A stretch of DNA of 64,000 nt. Origin: Raillietiella orientalis. Taxonomy: Eukaryota. Shown here in pieces: positions 23,561-36,000 of the stretch. Position 1 is the stretch's first letter. Each line of letters opens with the position of its first letter. Where the stretch lies: the NCBI GenBank assembly GCA_036172245.1, contig JAYWIR010000018.1:1736001-1800000 (forward strand), read 5' to 3'. The translations under genes were made by a program, and so were the position numbers. The notes below the pieces were generated by a model that searched no databases, had not been told where the DNA came from, and was given only the letters and a program-made list of their open reading frames with translations.

Positions 23561-25749
23561 AAAAAAAGAAAAAAAGGGAAGTCTCGTCGCCGTGTCTGCG
23601 ACAACTCCCGCCCTCCAGCGACAGACGTCATGCTGCGGGACCGACGACGAGTGCGCTTCAGCGCCAGCCGTGCGCGGCGGCAGCTGAGCCTGCGCGGTGC
23701 AGCGCCGCCTGTCCACCACCGCGCTCTCCACCTCGTGTTTGCGTGCGCGGCTCTCGCTCCGTCAGCCGGTCTCAAGGCCCCAGAGACACCTGGGGAGGCT
23801 CCAGCCAGTCTTGGATCTGCCGCAGCTTGCGTTCGCGCGTGGGAGGACTCCCAGAGGCGCGGAGCCCGGGCCGAAGATTCCCGTGGAGGCGGGGGGCCGC
23901 GAGCGAAACCTTGCGCCAGCACTCCGGCGTTCTCCTCCCTCCGCGGCGAGGGGCGAAGCGTGACTGCCGCCAGTCCCGGTGCGGGGACCCGGGAAAGTTC
24001 CCTCTGATCGTTCCTCTGTTCCCGATCTGCTCGCTTCAGCCACCGCTAGCGCTATCGACGCTTCGTCCCGAGGGGAGCCAAACGCTCGAAACGCAGAAGA
24101 TGAACAGGCGCTTTCCCCGTTTGGCGCATCCCCCTTCCTCCTCCTCCTCCTCACCAGCTGCTTTGGATGGAGCATCAGACCCCGCGTCGGGAGGAAGAGA
24201 ACTGAAACTCGCCTTCGGGACACGTCCGAAGCTCCCAGCTGCGTGTCCCTCCCTTCCCCCTCCCCTTCCCTCCAAGAAAAAAATAAATTATTATTAATAA
24301 TAATAAAAAGACCCTCCCGCTCGAAACGAGCGCGTCTCACCAGGAGGTGCGAGTGGACCGGCCCTTGCGGGCGGTGTCGGCGCCACATTGCACACATGAT
24401 TTGTTTCCGGATTCCGACAGTTCCTCTTCCGGCGCGAGATTTATCCTCAGCAGAGCGCCAGGAGACGCCGAGTCGCAGCGACTGTCTTCATTTTCGGCGC
24501 AGAAAGCGAAATCGGCGCCTCGCGCGCGTCGTCGCCGTCACAGCAGAGGACTCGAGCGCGCACCTACGCGCAGATCCCAGCGGCTCTCCTAGAGTGGGAA
24601 GACGCGGTCGTCATGTCACCACCACCACCCCAAACAACAACAACCTTCCTGCGAGGCTCCGAATGCTCGTTTTCCTTCAAAAAAGAAGAGCCGCCGGGAG
24701 ACGGTGATCCGCGCCCATCCGCACACCGACGCGGACTCGCCCGGTAGAACGGGTGAAATGGACTCGAGCGTGCTGTGCCCACTACCACCTCTTGCGGACG
24801 GGGTGGTGCTGGGCGCAACACGCTCGAGTGCTCCCAGCAGCCATCTTGGCACGCAGCCCACAAAAAAATCAGGACGGCCTCATCGGAATAGGCCACTTGG
24901 GAAACGGCATTTTCCCTTCTTCCTTCTGTTTCTTGGCAGATGGCGCTGCTGGGTCAGCCTGTCCACCCCGGGAAGGGGAACCCACCCACTGGTAAGCAGG
25001 CGGCTCTCTCCTCCCTATCGCAGTCGCAGGAAGGGGAGTGGAGGACACGGTAACCTGGGAATGGACGCGTAGGGGACCGGTGGAGTCTCTGGGCGGGTCA
25101 AGGCGCCGGACAAGGGCAAGGGGCCCGGAGGATGGGGGTAGTGATTCTGATAAGTGAGTGGTGGTGAGATGACCGTATCTTCCCGCTCTAGGAGAGCCCT
25201 CACCTTCCTTGTATTTCTGGCGTAATGTGCGTATTTATGTATAGATTAGCATACGAATTTACTTTAGCACACACATTTATTAATATTTGTTGGTATATTT
25301 ACTTTTTATGATTACGCGGAAACAAATTTGTATTTATTTTTATAGTCTTTCACATATATATATTAATAACATGTATTTTCATTAATATTAATGAATATGT
25401 ATGTTAGAAGTGAGTGCATACGATGCAGCTTTATTTTTCTTGCTCACATTCTACAAAAAATCCGTCCCTTTGTGCATGTGCGTGCGTGTGCGTGTTTTCT
25501 TTTTCTTTCTTTCTTGAACTCTTAGTCCCACGAATGCTGATCTTGTAATCCTCAGGAGAAGCTGCAATTCGTAGGCAGCTGAGATCTTCAAGGGAACACA
25601 AAATTTTGATTTCTCTTTGGAGAATTCATCCATCCTTTCGGATTGGCCATCACGGAGGCACTCACCAGCCAGAGGATTCTTTTTCAGAGCTGGCCTCTAC
25701 GTTCGTCACCAATGCAAGGTTGGGATAAGTCTCCGTGTGCACAAACATG

Positions 25750-27600
25750 GATGCTTCACTCCGAGGTTGACCAGCTGAATAGCATCATCAGTTCGAAAAT
25801 AGGCTCCCACCTGCTGTGACAAGCTACCACGGCTAACAGCGAAACGACCTTTCTGTGTAACCTGTGACGAATGACCAAGGGGATCGAAAATACTTCGGGG
25901 AGGAAGAGAAGATCAAAGACAGAGATTATGTGTGCCAGTGGAAATACTTTCCATGGAAACTTCCGTTTGTTCAATGCTGGAAGAACGAAAGTCACTCTGG
26001 AGTCATAGGAAAATTTCCCTAATCCAAGTACTTTCTGACAGATCAGCAATGGATGGACTGGGATATCATGTGTAAGCTCTCGGTGGAGGCCACTGTGATT
26101 TTCTTTACAGTTACCTATTCCTTCGTGTCTGGATTCGTCTTAACGGTAAAAGAATGCCTGTGACCACGTTGCATTCTCTTTGTGCAACGTCTTCCTCATT
26201 GCTGTTCCCTCCTACGGCTTGTTCGATAATCGGTTTCGCTGCCTAATAGGTGTGCAGCAACTTTCCCATAACATATCATGGCTTCCAAGCTCCCATCATT
26301 CCGTTTAGGATCCGTGCATTCTTAGCGATGCCTAACTAGATGCCATGTAGCATTTTTCCCTAAGACCTACAGAAGCTTAGATGGAACGTCTCGCCTCCCA
26401 AGGGCAACACAGGTTTCTCTCATGTCCTCCTTCATTGGAAAAAGTCAAATTTCTCTCCTCTTCGCTTTAATCCTTTCATCCAACGCTAATGGGAAACTTT
26501 TAAACTGATGTTGGAATCAGCTGAAAGTCTCTATGATGACGGCTATGCTCCCTTGTGAGTGCTTCACTCTTCCAGGAAATCATCCTGTTTCAGCCATTAC
26601 AGAGTTTGCTACTGCCACACAGCATTTCTGTTTAAGGTCCTCGTTTCATTCCCAATCTTATATGAACTTATTAGGAGTTCTATCTACTGGGTTCTTCTAT
26701 TCGTTCCATTTGGAAATCTGTTCCATTCTATTCTCTAACTCAACTTTTACTTTGTTTGCCCTTGATTGCACTTTACGTTAAAAGTAGCATTGCTGTTTGG
26801 AAATGCAGACTCTAAGATGGTTATATTTGATGTGATTGTTTCGATTTCAAATCTTCTCCAAAAAGAAATACTTGGAGTTTTCCTTTGCATGACGCCAGTA
26901 TTTCAAAAAGGAGGTTGGAGAGATAGTAGGAAAAAGCATCGCTTGGTCCTCCCCCCCACCTTCGCTCTTTGACTTCCATGTTTTGGAAAACGTAGCCTTT
27001 GACAAGTGATGTGTGATCATTAATCGATCTAAGTTTCTCTCAATTTCCTTTTCAGTTGACATGATAAAATGATAAACGGTTCTTGGGCATTTTTCAAATA
27101 GCTCTTGTAAATGGTAAAGGACATCAATATGTAACGTGTTCGGAGGAACTTTTCCATTGAAAGAGAACCTAGCTGGGAAATCAGCATTCCCAACATAGAA
27201 GTACCGCAAGCTCTCTGCTCCAGCAAAGGTTATTTTGCAAACTGGTCATCATGATTTGGGACGAAAGCTTTCTTGAGAAACACAGAACGACTTGCCAACA
27301 GAATTTTCATGGAAGAGAAGAAACACATAAGGCTGTCGGATTGCCAACTGTACTGTCGCCGCTGCTGCGTTACTTTCTTCTAACCATGAATCATTCCTTT
27401 GGCCAACTTTGGATGCTCATCTGCAAAAAAAGGGATCGATTTTCACAAATGCACGAAGACTGTTTGAGTTTAATGATTAACGGTTGTGCAGTGTTTGGAA
27501 TGGATGCCTGGAGTTGTGTACCAGAAAGTCACAGCAAAGTTATCGTCCTTCTTGGAAGAGAACGGTGAAGGTAAAAGTTTTCAAAAGAATATCATGATCA
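25750..27600 (+). mobile_element. Decayed CR1/L2/Jockey-group LINE ORF2
   Basis: TPVFQKGG...KHRLV at about 26892 (TPIFKKG...YRPI-like). In ORF 27251-27568: WDESFLEKHR...GLPTVLSPLL (WxxSFLxxR...GVPQGSVLSPLL) and SKVIVLLGR (KCKVMHxGR-like). Weak endonuclease remnants upstream. Confidence 0.55.
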
Positions 27601-28477
27601 ATCAAACGTTCATTTGACACTTTCTGCGCAACATCAAGATCTCGCAGTTGAAAATCATTAAGCAATCATCCTCTGTAATCGACAGCTACATCCGTACAAG
27701 TGATATTTTCATCTCGAAAACACCCCTATCCACTCAAAATATATTCTACTGTTCATTGTGTTGCTAAAGATGCAAAGTGAATTCCAGTATCTTATTTAAA
27801 AAGTTTTTGAGATTTACAGAAAAGCAGAGAGATGCAAGAAGATGCTAGTGCTAGCATCTTCTCGATGTAACCGGATTGCGTAAAATTCCTCGTTATCTTC
27901 CAATTAAGCTTAATAAACAGTTCAAGAAAAAAATGCAAAACTGATGAGAAATTTTGAATAAGCCTTGCAAGTTCTCATAATTCTTAACAGTTGCAATGGA
28001 AAGCAAAAACACACAACTGGAATAGCAAGAGTGGGAAAGAAAAAGCTACAATTAGGAAGTGTATATGTGTATGATCATTTCTATGAATTTTTGAAAAAGT
28101 GGTACTTGAGGGAAACAGCCCTTTAATCTTTTCTTACCCTCCAATCAAGCACTTCACACTTTTTTCAGGTGTGCTCGAAAACATTGCTTCCGAACTGCAT
28201 CGAAAACGCTCAAAGCCATCAGTTCTTTTTTTTTTTTTTTTTTTCTTCCTTTTTTCGGTATGAATAAAGGTCGAGCAAAATCCACTGGAAGTTTCCGTAC
28301 TGAACTGACAGCTTTTCAAGCCATAGCCTCGGATACGGCGGCACGGCGAAGCGTTCGCAAACACGTTGCTTACAAATGTTGGCTACGAACATCGAGACCC
28401 CAGAAAGCAAGTCCCCGCTCCACGCAGATACACGTATCAGCATTTCTGCTTCTACGGGCAGGCTTTTCAAAGACGGG

Positions 28478-28497
28478 CATCATCATCATCATCATCA
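28478..28497 (+). repeat. (CAT)n microsatellite
   Basis: About six CAT units. Confidence 0.85.
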
Positions 28498-28655
28498 GTT
28501 CGTCCGCGGCCCCGATGGCAGTCACGCTGCAGGCATCCACATGTTAATAGGGTACTTAGAAAGCACTGATTACCTTGGTAGCGCCGATTTCCTTTCGGAA
28601 ACCACCCCAAAGTAATTCGATTAATCGTGTACCGTTCGAGCACAACAAGAAATGC

Positions 28656-28691
28656 TTTTTTGTTTGTTTGTTTGTTTGTTTTTTTTTTTTT
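28656..28691 (+). repeat. (GTTT)n microsatellite with poly-T
   Basis: Directly visible. Confidence 0.85.
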
Positions 28692-30067
28692 ACCCACACC
28701 TTTACCAAGTGTGCTGATGAGAAATGACAGCTGCTGAGATCATCCCTGCTGCTGAATTCACCTCGGAGATTTCGGAAAGATATCGCACAACGATATTTAC
28801 AGAAACTGTACGGTTATTTCTACTTCAAAAAGATATTTTCAAAGTTTCTTTCTTTCTTTCTTTTTTTTGACACTTGAACTTCGGATTTCAAGTTATCTTG
28901 TGCTAACACAATGGCACGAACGGTACACCCTGACATTCACAAGGACCAATCCTCCGAAAAATAGTCCCAATCGCGGTAAAAGAATAGCACAAGAGCTCAA
29001 AGTTTGAAACTATTTACGTAGGAAATGACGAATCCCTCTTTGAGGGAAGGAGGAGAGGTGTGATACGAATTTCCATGATAATGCCTCTTTTGTGATCAAC
29101 CGCTTCTGTGCTTGGCTATGGATGAGTAATCCATGATTTACCTAACCGCTTATTCTTTGCTGTTAATTAACTCGGATATTAATTCTGTCCGGTCGCCAGG
29201 GTAGCGTGAATCTCATGGAAGCACAGAAGCACTCGGAGAGAAGTTTGGTTTTTCCTCATCAAAGTTTCACATAACGTTCTCGGCTCTGCAATGCTTGGGT
29301 CACAGAGGAACAACGAGGTGTCGGGGGATCGTTGTATCCACACAACCGTTCTTGTTTCCACCAAACAGTTTCTATCACTATGATTTAATTTCAGAATTAT
29401 ATCCCAACTGCACTCGTTAAAACAAAAACTTATTCGTTTTCTTTAAAACTTACATTATTAGAAACTTTCTCATTAGAAAGACCATGTACACACAGTTGTT
29501 ACAAACGGTATCCACCGGCTACAAGAGTTCCGACAAACAAATGGGCACTCCCCCCCCCCTCCCCCAAGTCCCCAACTCAAATCGCTACTTTCATGTTTAT
29601 GACAAAGTTACGGCCGGAAGCTGGTGCTATTTCGCCCAAAGGCATTCCTCTAGCATACTGTACATTATAATCTATTGAACTAGTCTGTGTATATAAATTT
29701 AATTTTTCATAATGAGCTTTTATGTGTTCATAAATAATAATAATGAATAGTTAGGTTACAACAATCCACATGATCACTATACCATTTTACAAATTTCAGA
29801 AATGGTCATTCCCCAATAATAGTAAGGGATAAAATTTGGGAGAGAAAAAAAAAAAAAAAGTCTGGCAGTTCAGTCACATCACTATGATGATGATTATAAT
29901 AAAACTGAAGCACCACTTTGTTTGCACTATCTTTGTGCCTTCAATTTTTTTTTCCCAAAAGATAATTGGATTTGGATTTTGGCATGTTAGAAAAAACATT
30001 CAAAAATGCAATTCTGATAATAACGTGATTGGGTGATGAGATCTCAATCTGATATGAATTACAAAAA

Positions 30068-33000
30068 TTATAAGACATGACTCCCCAGCAATTGATCCCA
30101 ATCAATAGAATTCTGGAACACTTCCTGTTGTAGCCATGCTTCGTAATGTTGCTTAAATTCTGCGCTTAATTCAAATTTGGCTCCTAATACACTTGTAAGA
30201 GAAGTGTCAACAGGCTGCATCTCCCCATCTAAATAGAATGTCGCTTTAACTTTAGTATAACGGCGATTATTAAATTTATCAACAACATCCCGCAATGCAC
30301 ATTCTTCTGCCTGCAGGTCTGAAGGTCGTGCTTCCAAATCTTGAGAAAATACAAAAAATCCTTCATGTATCACATACCATTGCCATATGCCCAATCATCA
30401 TTCAATCGATGGCGAACTTTCTGTGAAATCGCACTTAAGGTTTTCATGTTAGTCTTTCTCCACTGTCGTCCCAAAAACTTGGTTTGCATTTTAAGCAATT
30501 TGAGGGCATATAATTGCAGGAGAGCATGTTTGACCTTAAGGGAATGCCTGAGAATAGGAGCTGACTTGAAAACAACTAGCATCTGCAAAGCAATTCAAAA
30601 CACCAGCATAAAAATCCCACTTACCATAATACGCGAATGCTTCCATTTGGTGAGTTTATTTAATATGCGCAATAAATTAATACATGAAAACATATTGTGC
30701 CAACAAACTTGATTGTCACATATTTCTGGACTTTGAGTTAAATTCGAGGGCTTATGAAGAACACAAAATGGGAAGTCGTCAGATGGAATCATATTGCGGA
30801 TTGAGACATAGGTTGACAAATTTTGATTTAAAAATTTAAGTAAAAGAGGAATGCAATTGGCAAATACTAGATGCTGTGCCATGCATTCAAATTGGAGAAT
30901 ATGATTCAGCTTAAAGTGCTTAAGTAGCAACAACAAAATTGCTGATACTGCCTTAACTAATATTTCCTTGTGACGATTAACATCGAAGCCCAGTTTCATG
31001 GAATGGATCGCCGACATGCTACGGTCACAATTTCCCATGAAAGATCAGCCCATCCAAACTCACGGCATCTCTACAGGAAGTACATCGCCAAGAATATTAA
31101 CAGATTCTGTTTTAGCTTTGGAAGTCGGAGCTGCTGCCAATAATACTTTTAATAAAGCAATCATGTACTGAGGTAGCTGGGGCAACAGTGATTGATACAG
31201 AGACTCAGTAGGAGTTGATAATACGTAAATTTCTTTTTGAGAAAATGGATGTTGCATAATGCATTTTTCTTTCTGCAACTGAGGCTCAGACAAAGATACA
31301 TAAACATTCTTTTGAAGAACTTGATAACTCTCCCAGAGAGGTTGTGGAAGACCTGTTAAAGACATGTTATCACCACTGAGTGAGAATCCAAAGAACTTAA
31401 TTCTGGCATTTTCAAGAAAAATATCAATGTCTTTTTGTCTAATTTTTGGTGTCCAACGTACAGCTGAAATACATTGATTTGTGCGAATCGATTAACAATT
31501 CTTACTTTTCACAGGCATGGAAGGCAAAGAATGAGAAGAAGACATCATTCCCAATGAAGAGGATAGATGTCTATCAACAATGTCTGAAAGCTCATCATCG
31601 GGCTGGTCTGCAACATCCAAACAATCTGATTCCATTCCAAGACCTTCATCTACAGACATCTGCTTTTTTAGACCCTACAAAGAGAGTTAGAAATATAAAG
31701 GAACATGGGCAAAGATGTGACATACATTAATACATTAGCTGGAAGTGCAATGATCACGATGCTACGCCACTTACAATGTGCATTTCACTTTCATGCTGAA
31801 GGTATAAGTAAAAAAAAAAATTAAGCATCTTCACAAACAGTCGTTTTACACATCCACATTTGGAACAATATGTTGCTCGTATTAGCTATTAACAAACCAA
31901 TATCAAAGAAATAAAAATGCCTTCCTTTTCCTTTATTTGTTTTGTTTTTTTGTTTTTACATAAATGCTAATGATCTCTTTTTTCTTTAAGTATGTATTTT
32001 TTATTTTTAGTTCATTTTTACGTTCTTTCAAAAATCAAGACATGTCCCAATCCTTGAATATTTGTTAGGTATAGGTCACTAATCAAATTTGATCACTCTA
32101 TGCCAAATCTAATCAACATATACTGAAACCTAAATTAGGGAACATACAGAAACCAGAAACTCATCAACCTGCTTTATGTCCTTTTTTCCCATGAAGTAAA
32201 GATTCTCACAGTTCTCATACTAGTAAACCAGAGCAAAATAGGTGGTTCTAACAAATAAACTTCAGTTCTTATTATCACTCTCTTAAGCCTTTCAATCTGT
32301 AATTCATTGTTTGTTTCATTCTTTAGAAGTACACAAAAATTGCAAATGTTCCTCAAACCGATGCTATTGGCTTTTAAGTTAAGGTATGATTCTTTTGGTA
32401 TGCTCAGTTTTCTCAGTAACATTTTTAGTTGTGCATATGCTTCACAATGGTAACTAAAACAAATATAATAGGCAATAAGTAATTATGCTAATTATGCCAC
32501 TTAATTCATATTTTTTATGCCTCTCTGTGCACACTTAGAAATTTGTTCACAGCTACTACTCAGTGCTCTTGATACTTCTGAGATGAAGCATTAAATCACT
32601 AAACTTTTTTAACATATCTTTTCTCATTCACCAATACTGTGAAAATGTGCAATCACAAACCTTTTTGGAATTGGTATATAAAAAAGTGAGAATTCGTTAG
32701 CACTCGAAAGCAGTTTATGAAATTACAGTTTAGACTTGAAGACTAATTTCTCAAACTTCCCTTTTTCAGAAACCTTATAACTGTAATTTTTTTGGCTATC
32801 AGCCGAGTGGACAAAAAAACAAAATGCACTGATTAAATGGATTCTCGAATTGCCATTAATCCGAATGTCAATTTAGTGTCCTACGGAAACTTTCCATTCT
32901 CAAAAGCTGCTACGAGACTGTATGTCTACATTGCTACATCGAGGTAAATGCTCATGTGTGTGTAATGTATTCCATTCCGAGATTTTAAAAAGGCGTATGT

Positions 33001-36000
33001 TGATTATGGTTCCATGCGAAAAATCGTCAAATAAAACGGAAGTTTCAGCAGAAAGTTCAAAGCCGTCATACTTCAACCAGCCTCCTCAGAAAGCAGAGTT
33101 CCCTTTGCTCATACTGGAAATTCTACCTTAAATCAACGACTCTTTGCTTTATTTACTGGTTGGGGCAGGGTATACGAATCCGATGAGACCGTGTCTTGTC
33201 AGGTATCTCAAGCGTTACTATTATTATTCTCAAGAACTGAAACTAACGATTAAGCAAATCGAAATCTCACTTCTGTGTCAAGGTTCCTCTTCCAAGAGGA
33301 AGCAACGTTATAGCTTAGGAATATGTATACTTTACACACATGAAACAAAGAACAAGAGCAAACAAGGAACAAAACAGAATGAAAAGTGAGCCGGAAAACT
33401 GAATGCAAGTATGCTGAGATTCAAGTGAAGTGACCTAATAAGATGACTCGTTAGTGTTTTACTTGAAAAAACTCTTAAGTATTTGCTTAAAAGCAAATAC
33501 AGGCAGTTGCAAAAAATGGTAAGAAAGACGACTGATGATTAAATAAGGTAAGCAAATGCATCAAAATAACTGGTGATTTCAAATGCATAATGACATGTAT
33601 GCTTTCAATCGCAATCGTAAATAACAAAAACACCACTAAGAGTTTAAAGAACACACATGCACACAAATAAGAGACAAAAGGGCACCAAACGCATGGATTA
33701 TATAACCCGTTCTAAAGACAGGAAAGACGAATGTGATACAAAAAATACAAAATCGCAAATCTTGCATAACAGAATTATAACGAATTATAAATTCTGTCTA
33801 CACTTATTGAAGCATAATGAAATGAACAGAGTCCACGGAAAACAAGAGTTCAAAGACACACTTAATGAAATGTGACTTCTGCATCGTGGAATCTGAAATG
33901 CAATCCATCAACAGAAGGGTCGCAGAAGAAGACAACGAAAACCCATGAATGAAAAATGTGCTGTGCTGAAAACGTCTCCTGAGTGTTTCTTCCATGGCAA
34001 GGAAAGCTTCTGCACACTTATGGCCATCACCTGAGTACACCAGGCAAAAATCAAACAAACCGACCGAAGGATCCATAGAAAAACTCGGTAAGTCTAATAA
34101 ATGCCTCAAGTACTCCGGGCTAAACATGATTTAACCCTTCTTTTGCATGCAGAAATCAGGAAATGCTCCTGGTGTCCAGATGATACTAGAATCGGGGAAC
34201 AAATTATGGGATGATTCTGAAAACGGGTGAAACAAAATAAACCAGCCGAAATTACCTATAGCGATCTCGATGGACTTTTTAAAATGTAGTTTCCAGGCAG
34301 AAAAAAAAAATTTCCTTTCAAGTGCCAAACAAATTTCAAAGTTCTACACACGTACGATTTCGAAAGGAAGGAAAAAAAAAATTTGTACATGATTTGTGCC
34401 ATTAGGTGTTACACCCTCGGGAGATGATGAAGAAGAACGGAAAAAAAAAAAAAAAAAAAAAACATACGCAGAAAAATCGTGAAAATTAATCGAGACACAA
34501 GATTACTTGTGAAGAGCGAGCAAGCATACAGAATGAAGGATGAAGAAGGAAACTTTGCCATTCGAATTGCGGGATCTGCAAACTGTGAAGTTTTTGGGTT
34601 TGTGCAACAGCAAAAGCAGAACCCCGGTAATTACCGCTTTGATCAATTAAACAACGGAAATTACTGCTTAATGAAACGAACATTACATGTATACACACAC
34701 GGCAAATGTGTAATCTTATGTTGGCTTTTCAATTTTGGGGGGAACCCGGCCATACAGTTGGAAACTGGAAGAAATTTTCCAAACATCTGTAAACAAGAGT
34801 CTGCACCAAATTTCCAGACACTGAATGCAAACGCAAGGATCGACAAGGAAAAGATTTATTTCAATCTTCGCTGCGACACACTGAATCTGGAATAAAATCA
34901 TCCGTTCCAATTTCAACAAACTTCCTTTTAAACGCGGTAGGTCCTGCACATAAATACCCCTCTGAGATCACACACGATGCCAACAAATTTTCCCCCCAAA
35001 GTTTAAAATAAAACATGGAGGCAGTTTTCCTATTCTTGCTTTGGAATTCCCAGCTTGCAATCTAATTTTGAGGTAACTAATCAGATTATTCTATCAAAGT
35101 TGTGCAGCAAGGTGACGGGAGTATGATTAAATTGTAATTAGTTTTTTGAAATACAAAAAAATACAAGGTTGTAATCTTCAGTCTCAGGACCACAGCTGCT
35201 CACAACTTTGCACAGACCGTGAACGAGCAAGAGTTGGTCTTCATAATTACCAAGTAGTGTGCCAAGTTTACTTTGCATGCCATTTTTTGCCCGCTCTACG
35301 TGTCCGTTATGAACTCATTACGCACCTCCGCCACTTAAATTAAGGCAGCTGCTTCTGTGGCTTTATTCTTCGAGTAACTTGTTATGACATAAGCAGGCCG
35401 TAATACATGCACTTCATCGTCATATTAAAATTTACACCACCTTATAATCCGATAACTCCAAATCTGATGGATACATACATAAATACGGATGTTGTCCTCC
35501 TGGCATGATGATTATTCTATTTTAAAATCTCCCAGCGAAAGAGAAAAAGTCGCCAGTCCAGAATGAATAATATAAAAGATCCAGTAGTGCTATGAATCAC
35601 TGAATACCTTCGGAAGTTGGGAAATGCAAACACCACTTTGTATGTGTGATGACACAGGAAGGAAAATTTTCTTATGGGAAACGAATCAGTTAACATCGGT
35701 AATTGTTAACTTTTCGAATAGATTACTTCATAAAAGAAAAAAGAAAAAAAAAATCTCATCTCAAATGCCTACTAAATTAGAAACAGCAGTTTCACACATA
35801 ATAGTTACACCAAGTTCTTAATTATAACATAATCTTACTGGCTCCTTTTTTTATCTAGAGAGTATTTTAACTGCTGAATAGAACATATCAACTCCTGAAA
35901 TAAAGTTGTAGACTTGCATCTTAATTCATATCACAAGATAAAAGTCCCCCAAAAATGGACTTGAAAAAAAATAAAAAAAGCACACTTTAAAGAAACCACA

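Noticed and set aside
24288..24303. 16-nt palindrome ttattattaataataa
   Set aside because: Trivial product of a (TTA)/(TAA) microsatellite.
1..25220. Endogenous large DNA virus or bacterial contaminant as the source of the GC-rich block
   Set aside because: No intact gene-dense ORFs and no viral or bacterial hallmark genes seen; microsatellite tracts and LINE motifs are present. Not formally excluded without a database search.
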